DNA from: Octopus sinensis
Taxonomy: Eukaryota
DNA: 64,000 nt
Reading direction: 5' to 3'
Assembly: GCF_006345805.1 (NCBI RefSeq)
Contig: NW_021832231.1
Location: forward strand, 1 to 64,000
Translations under genes and position numbers: made by a program
Notes under the pieces: model-generated
Seen by the model: the letters and a program-made list of their open reading frames with translations, nothing else
Told to the model about the DNA's origin: nothing
Databases searched by the model: none
In this document: positions 23,466-35,360 of the stretch, in pieces
Layout of the letters: every line of letters starts with the position of its first letter
Position numbering within the stretch: the first letter of the stretch is position 1

Positions 23466-23559
23466 AACGAAGCTGAAGAAAAAACGGGCACCTTAAGGTA
23501 ATTAATTAAATCTTTTTTGTGTGTCGCTTTTTTGGCTGCTGCTACTCTGCCTGCCCCAT

Positions 23560-23960
23560 TTCCGCCAGTGGTTTTATTACGAAATCTTGCGCCACCTAAA
23601 TTATGCAACGGAACGAGGTTAGTTATCAAAAATTTAATGGCTAACGTAATAGAGGCGACGATATTCACAGGTAAGTATAGAGGTGATGATGTTTATATTC
23701 CACGAATTCCGATAATTTCTGATGAATTACCATTTAGATTTAAAAGGCTGCAATTTCCTTTGAGGATGAGTTTTGCAATGACAATAAACAAGGCCCAGGG
23801 ACAGTCATTAAAGGTAGTTGGGTTATTTTTAGAGAGTGAGTGCTTTTCACATGGACAGCTGTATGTGGGATGCTCGAGGGTAGGCAGAAGAGAAAATTTA
23901 TTCATATATGCCAAGGAAGGACGGACGACAAACATCGTTTATCAACAGGCGATAGAATAG
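23560..23960 (+). CDS. PIF1-family Helitron helicase, C-terminal fragment
   Basis: LLRNL...LCNGTRL...RLQFPLRMSFAMTINKAQGQSL...FSHGQLYVGCSRV...TTNIVY. Confidence 0.92.
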
Positions 23961-24407
23961 GGTTACATTAAACCAGGTAGTTTTATACATCTACATAAAC
24001 TTATAGTTGTTTGATGAAACAGGCCCTCCGCAGGAGCTAGGTCGCGGTGAGCGAAGCGAGCTGCCGAGCTAGTATTTTAATAAATGTTCAAATAATAAAC
24101 ATTTTTACATTTTTCACTTGTCAAATCAGTCGCTAACTTATCAATACAACTAACATAATAAAACGTAAGCAAACTCTTCGAATAGGACACTTTTAATGTG
24201 ACGAAGCATCCGCGTTACCCATACTACCGTGTTACACACTTGACTCATATTGTAACCTAGATTTTTTGATAATTGACCTAGATTTAAAATCTATTGTTTA
24301 AATTACTTTTCCTTCTCATTTTTTAAGTCTTTAGTGTTTTATAATTGTAATATTTTAGGAGGTCCAAAATTATAAAATAATGCTTTTAAAATAAAAAAAC
24401 CTGGAAC

Positions 24408-24811
24408 CTGGAACCCATCGGGCTTGACCGGGGAGATGGCAGAAGGCCCGATGGGATAACTCTTTTCCCGTACTCCCAGGGAAAATCACTCGCATGGGAT
24501 GCGACGTGCGTAGACACGTTCTCCCAGTCCATGATTCTTCGGAATATTCATTCGCCCGGTTGGGCCGCTAATGCGCAGAAAAGGCGAAGATATCTAAGTA
24601 TTTGGAGATCGGAAAACTTTTCCGTTTTGTTCCTATCTCGATAGAGACGTCTGGTGTAGTGGGATCCAAAACCGCGGAATTTCTCAAGGAAATTGGGGCG
24701 ATGCTGGCTAAACGAAGGAGGGACAGTCGCGAGGGGTATTGGCTTCGCCAACGTATCGGAATTGCAGTTCTTCGTGGCAACACGCACGCGATACTGGCTG
24801 CCGGAGCGTGA
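24408..24811 (+). mobile_element. CRE-like retrotransposon, 5'-truncated (RLE domain only)
   Basis: LEPIGLDRGDGRRPDGITLFPYSQGKSLAWDATCVDTF...FVPISIETSG...RQRIGIAVLRGN; one frameshift. Confidence 0.85.
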
Positions 24812-24859
24812 CGATTTATAATAACTGGGGGAAATGATTAATTAGAAACGATAAACAAG

Positions 24860-25365
24860 TTAACAAATTTAATTTTGTATAAATTGTAGTTGGTTGTGGT
24901 TATAGACTCATTTTCTAAATTCGCAGTTGTAAAACTTGCCAGGCGGAAATCAGCGGAGGAAATTACTAGAAAATTAAAGAACATTTTTTACATGATTGGT
25001 CCCGCATTTATTTTACAGACGGATAATGGGAAAGAATTTAAGAACAAATGTATTGAAACAATGTGTAATGATCTGAAAATCATACAAATAAGTGGACTCC
25101 CTAAAGCACCATGGATTCAGGGTCAAGTAGAAAGGCAAGTTATTTGTAACGAGGACGATTGAGAAATGATATTGATGCGAATCCAAATAACCGAAAATAC
25201 CCCCTATACGATCAGATTGATTCCACTATATATGAAATATCGGAGGTTGATAAATACAAATGCGTACTTAAAGATCTTAATGACGAATCATCCAAATATG
25301 TACACAAAAGTCGTATAAAAAAATATGACTCATATAAAAAATTTTTATATAATAAAAATTCATGA
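24860..25365 (+). mobile_element. Ginger-like integrase fragment with internal deletion
   Basis: VIDSFSKFA...LQTDNGKEF...PWIQGQVER fused to RNDIDANPNNRKYPLYD. Splice acceptor at the same codon as intron 2 of the 13.1-kb copy. Confidence 0.8.
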
Positions 25366-25696
25366 ATTTTTAATATTTGTTTTTAAATGGTAGACCTAAA
25401 AAATTGTATAATTATAATAAAATACGTTATTGATTCGGAAAAATTGGTGATCCGGTTTTTGCCGACTCTTTGGAAAATTCTTTCAATCAAAAAATGGATA
25501 AAAAAATTGAATAAATCGAATTAATTCCATTATCAAGTTATTTTTAATTAATTATCAGGTTATTTTCGTTTGATTTTAAAAAAAATTTAAAAGGGGTATT
25601 ATGTGACATGGGCCAAATGATACGTATGGGATGCGCGTTACACTGACCTTCAATTAATGTTAATCTGTCAATTTATCGATAGACTTCAAACAAACT

Positions 25697-26154
25697 TTTT
25701 TTTTTTTTTTTAATGAAAACCAACCAATAACTACAAGTTAAGCCGACGACGCCGACGCGATCGAGAAAGAATTAGAGCGTACTATCGCAAGGGATATCCG
25801 CTCGAAAAACCATCTCGATTCGCGGGCGTCGCCTGTGATGGCAGACATGCGGGATCCGATCTCCTGAACGAAGCTGATTGCCTTACTGCCCAAGGAACCG
25901 GAAGTCTCAACCGCGAATGGAAGGAATTGGAACTTCTCCGTAAGTGAGGAGTACTTCCGCATCTTTTTGCATCCGCGGTTGTGACAATAGATCCAGGAGC
26001 GGAGGCCGACATCAGCAGGTTCTGAGGCGAGAAAGAGTCCACACACGTGGCATCCCAGGTGAGAGGCTTCCCCTGTTGAAAGGAAACACAGTTATCCCGT
26101 CAGGCCTTTTTCCGTCCCCCCGATCGATCCCAGTGGGTTCAAGCAGGGAGGGGA
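25697..26154 (-). mobile_element. CRE-like retrotransposon, 5'-truncated, with poly(A) tail and 12-bp TSD
   Basis: RLE C-terminus (FLPFAVETSG...ERISLAIVRSN); A-tail at about 25696-25711; TSD TTCAAACAAACT at 25685-25696 and 26155-26166. Confidence 0.9.
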
Positions 26155-26997
26155 TTCAAACAAACTGATTATTGAATTAACAACTACAAAAATAATTAAT
26201 TTAATTAAGTTTTTTAATCCTGTCCATGCCGACTATAGAATTCTCCCCATTTGAGTGTTTAATCTATTAAATAAATAAATGTAAAACTACCTCTACGGGA
26301 TTATTCGACAAAATATTTATTATTTCAGCTGGCGGATAGTAATGTGATTCGAATTTATCCAGTCACAGCGATAGATTTGTAATAATTAGAAGTTTCACCA
26401 ATGGCTTTTTTTGGATCCGGATAGGAACATTTTGACTCGGAATCATTTACGTACACTCAACCCTCTCAAATTGGCATCAATGACCGTTAAATCTTTACAG
26501 TAAAGTAGCTTTGTCGGCACTGATATTCAATTTTATTCACTCCTCCGTGAGAATACTTGTGCAATGTGTCTGCAAAAAGCTCCATTTCAGATTCATTATC
26601 CAGAGTAATGACTAACTTAGAATCAGAGGATTAAGGATACAATCTGAAACTTATTGCGCATTCAAAAAAACCTTTCATTTATGATAGTGAAATTCTTTAT
26701 TTTATTGGCAAGCCTATATTTTTTGTGCCTCGAGAAATTTTCTGGAAATTTACCAGCCAACACATCCTTTAAAATCTCATATTCGATATTGTCTTTTACA
26801 AAACCCTTGTAAGAACTCATTACAACAAAATTAAACAAGAAAAAAACACGCTAGAAATGTAGGTTCGCCAACTTAAAAAATTAAAATCTTAATAATTGTA
26901 ACTTTAATAAATTAAAGATAATTTAACATGTTTGAAATCGATTAATTTAATATATTTTTTTCACCATAAAAAATTAAATTTCGGATAATCAAAGAAT

Positions 26998-29497
26998 CAA
27001 TTTTGGCACGCGCGTTGTTGTTGTTGTGGTGCACTTTTTATATTCATTTGTTCATTTGCTATTTGTTATTCAATTCAATAATTCTCTCTCTCTTTCCATT
27101 TCTCTTTATTCTCTCTCTTTTTCCATTTCTTTTTGTCATCCATTTGTTCATTGTTTTTATCTTGCTCTCTTTTTATGTCTTTCTGTTTCCAACCCACTTC
27201 TGTTCTATGCTCTACTTGCGAAGTTAGTAACAACCGCAAGAAAGGGAGAGTCTGTTCGAGTTGCGACAGATTCTTCCACCTTTCTTGCGTGCGTCTTTCC
27301 AGACGCGTTTCTGCCTCTCTCTTAATTTGGGACTGTCCTTCCTGCCGCTCTTGCCAGCCGGCTCAGTGTTCCAGCCCGCAAGAACTCCCCGAAAAACCGC
27401 CATTCGCAACATCCCCGTCTGCCGAGGAAGTTCTCAAATCTATCAAGCTCTTCCGTCGTCTCCGGAAAATCCCATCCAGAATCCCAAAAGCTGCGCGTAT
27501 CTTTGCAGCCTCCTCCCTGACCGCCGCAATCGATAAGGCTTTGGCATCTGATGGCCATTCCGATTGGCTTAAGCTGTTTTGCTTCGCCTCTTTCGGTCTC
27601 GGTTTTGCCCCATTAAGAGCCCGTGTGAAAACCTCCTCCATTTCGCTGGCTACAACCGTCAAACAAGAATTGGCCTTGTACGATAAGAACTCTTTTCCAT
27701 CCGCTGGCTGCGGACCACCTCGCTAGCACCGAATTTCCCTCTGGTTCACCATCCCATAATGTGTCCTCTCACGCGAATGACGTCGATTACCTCAACAGAA
27801 AGATTAATAGTAAACTCTTGGACGGCGACGTTCGTGGTGCAGTTAGGCTGGTTGCCTCGACAAGTTCCCTTTTGCCCACGACCCCTGCTGTTTTGAATTC
27901 CCTCAGGGAAAAACATCCCCCTCAGCCAAACGACTTCAGGCCTCAGCCGTCCCCTGACACCCTCGCTCTCAATCCTTTTGCTGTCTCGGAACTCTTGTAC
28001 TGAATGCCCTGAAGGACTTTTCACCTGGAAGCAGTGGTGGTGTAGATGGTCTGAGACCAGGTCATCTGAAAGACCTGACGTCTCCCACTACCGCCGAAGC
28101 TGGTCGAAAACTCCTACGCTCAATCACCACCTGTGCAACCGCTTCTCCGGTTCCCTCCCCGATTTTGCTCGTGATATTTTCTTTTCCGCCAACCTTACTG
28201 CCTCGGGAAAAAGGACAACGGCGTGAGGCCCATCGCCGTGGGCAATATTTTCCGGAGGCTCTCCGCTAAACTTCTGTGTCGAGCCATTGTTCCCTGCTTG
28301 TCCTCGAAGTTTCTGCCTGTCCAACTCGGGGTTGGCGTTCCTAACGGCTGCGAAGCTGCTGTCCACTCAATTCGTGATTTAACTGAATCATTTGAGGAGT
28401 TTATTATGGTCAAATTGGACGTTTCCAACGCATTCAATTCCATCAGACGGGACCACCTTCTGGAGTGCTGTCGTGAATTAGTCCCTTTCGCCTATCCCCT
28501 TGTGCATCTCTCATATGCTTGCTCAAGTATCCTTATGTTCAACGATATACCTATTTCTTCGTCTACCGGGGTTCAGCAGGGTGACCCCCTGGGCCCTGTT
28601 CTTTTCGCCTTGGGCGTTAATAATATTGCCCACTCTGTCCGTTCCCCAATTAACATTTGGTACCTTGACGATGCGACCATTTGTGGCCCTCCCGATGTTG
28701 TTTTTGGCGACCTCCGTTTCATTATTCCTTCCCTCTCGGCCATTGGCCTTTCTATAAACGACAACAAATCCGAAGTGGTGAACATCAATCTTAACCCAAA
28801 TTCATTCACTGTCGCGACTTCCACGTGCCAAAATATCCTTTCTGACGTCCAAGTCACCGACAAGTCGAATTTGATGATCCTCGGTGCTCCCATGGGTCCT
28901 TCTGCCCTTGAAGACACGCTGTCTTGCAAAATCTCTAATCTTTCCAAAATGATCGAGAAGCTCAAAGACATCGAGCCTCATGTAGCTTTCTTCCTACTGC
29001 GGAATTACTTTTCTATGCCTAAGGTCCTTTACACATTAAGGTGTGCTCCCTGTTTCAAAAGAGACGACCTTCTGTCAAATCTGGATAACATCCTCAGGCT
29101 CGGTACGAGCTCGCTATGTAATCTGGCCATTGACGATCCGGGTTGGTCTCAGGCATCGTTCTCAGAAACCTTCCCGAACGCAGAGCAGAAGAATGCTTCT
29201 CGCAGAGCAGAAGAATTAAAGATTTCAAAGTACACCAATCTCTCGGAACGCTATCTGTTTACCCCGATCGCCGTGGAGACCTCTGGCGTAATCGGTGACA
29301 GGTCACTCATTTTCCTCAAAAAGCTGGGTCGTCTGATTTCTCGCAAGAGAAACGACACGCGTGAGTGTGGATGGCTCCTTCAGAGGATTTCCCTTGCCAT
29401 TGTACGTGGAAACTGTTTCTCCATCTACGAGGCGGGGAAGTCCTCTTGTTAACTCTCTTTTCTCTCTGTTTTCGTTTACAAAATACAGATAAAAAAA
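26998..29497 (+). mobile_element. Full-length but decayed CRE-like non-LTR retrotransposon with N-terminal PHD finger; RT plus internally deleted RLE region
   Basis: ATG 27175; C4HC3 PHD; RIPKAAR and GDVRGAVR pre-RT motifs; RPIAVG, QLGVG, KLDVSNAFN, GVQQGDPLGP, WYLDD; RLE tail PIAVETSG. A-tail; TSD AATCAAAGAAT at 26987-26997 and 29498-29508. Confidence 0.88.
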
Positions 29498-29909
29498 AAT
29501 CAAAGAATTCTAATTTGACAGTTTCAATGTCAAATAATGTAACGCGCTGCCCATGTCACATATTATCCAACCCAGGGCATTATCCAGCCTGTGACATAAA
29601 ATATTAAATTTCATCCAAATTCGATAAACTAGTTTTCGAAATTACTTATGGCAATTCTGAGAGCGGTTGTACCAATTTGAACAAATACTATACTACAAAA
29701 ATTTTTTGTTTGAATCAAATAACCTTTTAGAAATTGAAAAGTTATGTCTTTTCGTATTCTCACATTTCTAAACACGTAAGAACTCAATAAAAAATTAGTT
29801 TTGTATAAAATTTAAACACAGAAACAATTTTCTCAGAAATTCATTTTATTCGTTTGCATAGAATTTTTTGAAAAAGTAACTACAGTGATTTTTGACTAGT
29901 CTATGAGTT

Positions 29910-30628
29910 GTTGACTTGACTGGCTCAAAGCTCTCCCCACTCCTAGTACGGGGTTACTACTGGACGACGAATCCTTGCGGATTGGGATCAGCTTACGATT
30001 GGGTTTGGACATCTGCCAGCCCCACCCTTGCCGGTGCGGGTCCTCAATTTCGTCAAACGGCTTGCACGCCTTGTCGTGTAAGAAGAGTGCCGGGAGAATT
30101 CCCCGTCACACTCATCTGAATGACGTTGTGAGGAGGGCTCTAGAGTCGGCTGGTTTCCCTTCCACCCTAGAGCCAGTCGGCCTTTCCCGGAGCGACGGCA
30201 AGCGTCCCGACGGGATGACGACCTTTCCTTTTAGGGAAGGCAAGTCCCTGGTTTGGGATGCCACGTGTGTCGACTCTTTTTCGGCGACAATGCTTCCCAG
30301 GACTGTCGCAAACCCGGGTTCCGCCAGTGCGCTGGCTGAAGAGACAAAGATGACGAAATACCGGTGTATTTCGGACGCTTTTGAGTTTGCCCCCCTCGCC
30401 TTCGAAACCTCTGGAATCGTCGGAAAGGCTGCGACTCAACTCCTCACCGCCATTGGTAGAAAAATCTCCACAAAAACAAACGACCGGAGGGAGACGAGCT
30501 GGCTGTTCCAGCGAATCTCGGTTGCTGTGCTCCGCGGAAACTGCCACTCAATACGCAGCGCGGCATCGTTGAGCTGACCCTCAGGCCCTCGACAATTCCC
30601 TTAGCCACCCAATTGCTTACTTTTTTCT
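29910..30628 (+). mobile_element. CRE-like retrotransposon, 5'-truncated (zinc knuckle plus RLE), 11-bp TSD
   Basis: CRCG...HALSC...RHTHLND...KRPDG...VWDATCVD...AFETSG. TSD GTCTATGAGTT at 29899-29909 and 30629-30639. No poly(A). Confidence 0.92.
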
Positions 30629-31549
30629 GTCTATGAGTTTACCTGCCAGCTAATTAGTTCAATATTAATTTTCTTTATAGTATCATATTTTACTTGTCGA
30701 AAATTTGGGTAGGAAATTTATTGTGATACTCAGTAATTTAGTTAGTGGGCTACCAGACGATTTATATTTTTATACTTAATATTGAACCAAAACAGAAGAC
30801 ATTATTCGCTGCAAGACGATTTATATTTTTATATATTTTTCTGTTACTTTTTTTTATTTTTATCTTATTGTTTGGCCTGAAACAAATATTTAATTCAAAG
30901 TAACGAAAGATTTGCTGATCATTAATTACTTTGATCCGTTGTAGAACTTATTTAGCTAACACACGACATACGTTTAAACGCAGTTTTGGAAAATATAAGG
31001 GATTTGTTTCCTTAAAATGTCAAAGTTTTGTAAAATAAACAGATTTCGGATTATTTTTAAATGCTTTATTATGTACAAATTTAGTTGCACTTTTATACTT
31101 TTGAAAAAACTTAAATATTGTATTAAAAATAAACAAGTGTCCCAAGACAAATTTGACCCACTTTATAACATACCAATAATTCAAATGATAATCAAATTTG
31201 TAAAATTATTCACAAAATTTCGAAATTAACACATTTTGTCACTAATTTATATTGTATTCCCATTCGGGGACGCAACTCTTCGGGATTAGATAATTTTTTA
31301 GACTTTGATATAAACGACTTGCACTTTCCAGAAGTCCTTTCTCCATTTATATTCTTGCTAATCTGTTCATACATTAAATAATCGAACGAGTTGAATTTTT
31401 TCGTAAAGAAATGGAACACTCGTCTACATGTCCCATTTCTTTAATCCTCTTTTTGATCGTAGAATTCCCATTAGTTGTCTGCTTAAGTGTAGTCAGAATT
31501 ATTTTGGAAATTTATTAATTCAATAAAAAATGGACTACAAACAATTTCC

Positions 31550-33123
31550 ATGGAAATACCTGAATCTCGTGGGTATAATTTTATTTTAATGGACAGTATT
31601 AAACTTGTCGAAAAAGCAGTAAATGAATTCAAATCGGATTATTTAAATAATCGGATCGAATTTGATCAACTCAAAAAAAATTTTGATTATAATCTATCTC
31701 TGATAAGTGAACGGGACTCGGAATTATTTCGTTACGAACAAATTCTATCCGGTCCTCGTTAATCCTTGACCTTCCCAGAATATCAAAAAATTATCTCTGA
31801 GAAAACAGGAACAGAAAGTGAGTTGAGAGTGGAAATAGACAAGCTCAAGGACGAGCGAAACAGCCTGGGACAGCGAGTGTTGGAGATGAGTGCTGAGATT
31901 AATGTCCTCGTCATGGAAAACCGCAAATTGGTGGAAAAGAGCAGACTGTTGGTCGGCAAGTTAACTTTGTAGAGAAATCGAGGAAGAAAGAAAAAAGTCT
32001 GGGATTCACATCAAGAACATCAAAGTCGAGGCAAACAACGAGATGAACAAACTGAAAGAACAATTTGAATCAGAAAGACGAGACCTTCTCCACAGATTCG
32101 AGCAAATCTTTCACGAAAGGACACTCGCACTAAGAACACAGATCCAATCGACGACCAAATTGTGTTCGGAGTACCAATTCGGAGTGGGTTATCGTAATGA
32201 CGGATAGGAGGTTGTATTGGAGAACGAGATCACCTCCTTGAGAGAGGATCTGCACAGGAAAGCCGAACAAATAATGAAGGACGAGGGCCAATTGGAGGAA
32301 AAGGAAAAGCAAATCCAACTGGCGAAGGTAGAAGTGGCAAACCTCCGATCCTCCTACGAAGAAAAGTAATCCGCGTGCATTTCCCAGGTGTTTCTACCTC
32401 AACAACATAATCAAGCACAACGAACAGTTGATCACTGAACTCAAGATGGAGGGGGAGATTACTAAGTTTGGTCAAAACCAACCGGAAACTCAACGACAAA
32501 TGAAGGACTTTTCAATGCAGACTTGTGAGGACTGTCGAATTGAACAGTTGACGGCCGCCAACCTTCGTCTGAAGAACGTGGTGAGTGGCATGAGAAAGCA
32601 GATCCAAGACTTGTCATCCTCGTGTAAAGAACCGAGTGAGCGAGTGAACGGTGATTGTTTGTGGGCATTCCAGAAATCATAAACTTGCAGAAGGCGTACT
32701 TGGTCAACAACATTGCCCACCAGCAAGCCACGATCACCCGACTGCAAGAGGAAGTCAAGCGAAGTAATCAGTCATCTAGGAAAGTTGTGGAGTAGTGCAA
32801 CCATCACTAGTACGAGACCACAGTGAAGAAACTGTTTCGGGGGATCGATAGAATGACAAGGAAAGGGAATGTCGAGTCGAGTCCTTCCCAGGCCGTGATA
32901 TATCTGACGCAGAAACTGAAGGAGGCGGTCTTCGTGATACACAGTCTGACTCAGGAGAAACAGCATTGTCTTGAAAATGTGTTTAAATCGGCGAAAGAAC
33001 AGTCCCCTAAAGAGTCCGAACATTGTATGTCCGTCTCCTTCTATTGTAGCTTTATCCCTCAACTCCCTCAACAACCTATTCGAGGCAGTCGACAATCTTA
33101 GCGTGGTTTCGGACTTGACTTAA
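31550..33123 (+). CDS. CCDC57: CCDC57-like centriolar coiled-coil protein
   Basis: LKKNFDYNLSLISERDSELFRYE resembles CCDC57 LQEDFVYNLQVLEERDLELERYD; ESELRVEIDKLK; ERRDLLHRFE. Several 21-25-nt introns; ends approximate. Confidence 0.65.
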
Positions 33124-33144
33124 TTTGAGTAGTAAAATAATTTA

Positions 33145-34216
33145 TTATGTGTTATTGCGCTCACATTTGAGTTGGTTGCTCATATATTCGTTGTCAATCT
33201 GCAGTTTCTGGGTGAGTCGAACCAAGTCCCTCTGCACAATCTCCGCATCGTCCAAGGATCCCCGCAAACAGCGTATTTGATTGTACAACTCGCGTATCTC
33301 CGCCTCACTCCTCTCCTGACACGTCACGACACTCCCCAACCTGCCTCTGCTTCGATTGCGTAATCATCGCACTGACCCCCTCGACGACATCCCCCTCCGA
33401 ACAAGTCATTCTCCCAATTTCGTCTAATCAGTCAGAATGAGTGCACTAACTTAGACAGTCAGCCAATCTCCTAATCTTCTGCTCATATTTCTCTTTGAGC
33501 ATGTCCGAATGGTCCTGCAGTTCGAAAGAGTGGGCAGATCTCATCGACTCGACTTCGTTGGCATGGTTGAGTTTGAGACGTTCGTTGATTTGGACCAACT
33601 CGATTATCCTCTCTCGATATTGCACAAGCAGGAACTCCATCTTCTACCATAACAAGTCGAGTCACCTCGTAGTTCGACGGGAGGTCCTTCTCCAGGGAGT
33701 CGTCCACCACAGAACGGTTCGTCTGAACATGTCAAACACACCCAACCGTCAATTTGTTAAAATCCAATTCTAATTTCTCCTGTTTTTTGACAGCCTGGCT
33801 GAGTGAGAGTTCCTGGGAGCTGACTTGCTTGCTGAGTAATGCAATCTGAGCAAGTAGTTAATAGACCAACGTCATTCTTGAGGGACTCGTTCAAATGACA
33901 ATACAAGACTGAGTCCTCCAACAATGGACTGATGCAACTAATGTGTCGACTCAACTCCGCCAGCTCGAAATACCCAATAATTGACAACCTTGTGAGGAAG
34001 AGTGTCCAGGATTGTTGGGTCAATGTTTATAGTCTCCTCCTCAGTCCCTTCCAACTCCTAGAATATGCACTCGCTGTATTTACTTGGCCTTTGTCGCCTA
34101 ACGCATCACGGACTATGAATATGAGTTGGTCGAATACCGGTTACGGCCACGTCGACTGCCTCCCTCAGACATGCCAACAGACTGGTGAATTGACTGTATT
34201 TGATTGGAGTCGACAT
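33145..34216 (-). CDS. Rabaptin/RABEP-like coiled-coil protein
   Basis: C-terminus SLDDAEIVQRDLVRLTQKLQ resembles the Rabaptin-5 Rab5-binding ELDVSEQVQRDFVKLSQTLQ. Multiple tiny introns. Confidence 0.55.
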
Positions 34217-34432
34217 TCACCACAAAAGATATCACACTATTTTAATAATTAAATCCCTTTTATATAAAGACAAACATCAATAAATAGTGTGCTAAAAATG
34301 CATACTGGAAAAATAAAATCAAACGGCAGTCGGGGAAGTTTTGCTTAATGTTCTACGGCAGTGCCCCCTCAAAACAACTTAACACAAAAGAGGACAAATA
34401 CAAAAAAGGACACAATAAAGATTAAAAACAAA

Positions 34433-35254
34433 TCAGGCAGTTCTGCGACTGAGACTAACATCGACACTACAAATGTGGATAAATAACAACCTCTCCAACA
34501 ACGCCTCCCTCAAACCATCGTCGGCCCCCCCGGCGAACATGAAGGCAGTCGTCTGCAATTGGAGAACTCGCTCGATCTGTCCAATCTCGGTGGGGGTGGT
34601 CGACAGTCCACAAAAGGCAGAAAAGTCATTGGCCACCAGTCCAGCCCCCACAGCCAACTTTCCACGATTGACAGTGCCCCCCATCAGAGGGATTTGGAGG
34701 AGGGAAGACAGTTCATCCAACTCCTCAACCTTGGAGGAGGCGTGAATCTAAACACAGTCAGAAGAGCAGCCAACAATTCCCCCCTTGTTTGAGAGCACGG
34801 AATATGTGCCCACCAACAGTTCATCAGCAAGACACGTGCGGAAGATCTCCACGCCCAACACGTCGGAAATGACCTCCTCTGTTTCTCTAGACAAGTCTGG
34901 GTGTGCTATTGCCACGTGGTCATTGCAGGAGATGACATTCCCCAGGGCGGATAGTCGTTCGTCCACGCGGGTCACCACCACGCAGTCAGGCAGGGAATTC
35001 CGGAAGTGCTGAATTTCGGTGTCGTAGGTGGCGGGGGGGAGTACAAGACCTCGCCGGTTGCCCACTGCCAGTCTCCCGACAATCCGACACTCGCCAATGG
35101 AGGAGTGGACGACTGGCATGCACCCACTCAGCTCGGATTCGAACTTGCTGTAGAAATTTTGAGAGGACCCGACTCCCACGAGACAGTACGAGTTGGTTAG
35201 CAGAGAAAAGACTCCAATGTTGCAATTGCCTTCAATGTTCACTCGATGAGCCAT
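34433..35254 (-). CDS. EIF6: Eukaryotic translation initiation factor 6 (copy 2)
   Basis: Identical translation to copy 1. Confidence 0.95.
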
Positions 35255-35360
35255 TACTACAAGCACACGAATATATCACGCTACAAATTATTTAATTAAT
35301 TTAAAAATCAACGAGGCTAATTTAGGAGGTTTATGTGTGGGTTGTATTAAGTAGTGTGCA

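Larger units (their letters stand above)
21433..24072 (+). mobile_element. Non-autonomous Helitron with helicase remnant and internal tandem repeats
   Basis: A|TC 5' end (TCTTAATAATAAAAT) followed by a (GTCT)n microsatellite. 3' GCGAAGC-containing hairpin at 24051, then CTAG|T at 24069-24073. Confidence 0.8.
25602..29560 (-). mobile_element. Ginger-like non-autonomous element carrying two nested retrotransposon insertions
   Basis: TIRs TGTGACATGGGC...GCCCATGTCACA with 5-bp direct repeat TATTA. Remnant ORF from ATG 26820 (MSSYKGFVKD...HKYSHGGVNK, H2C2-like) with a 28-nt intron at 26644-26671. Confidence 0.7.

Noticed and set aside
28223-29452. Group II intron, retron or DGR reverse transcriptase
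   Set aside because: YLDD RT followed by an RLE tail, A-tail and TSD identifies a non-LTR retrotransposon; no template/variable repeat pair is present.
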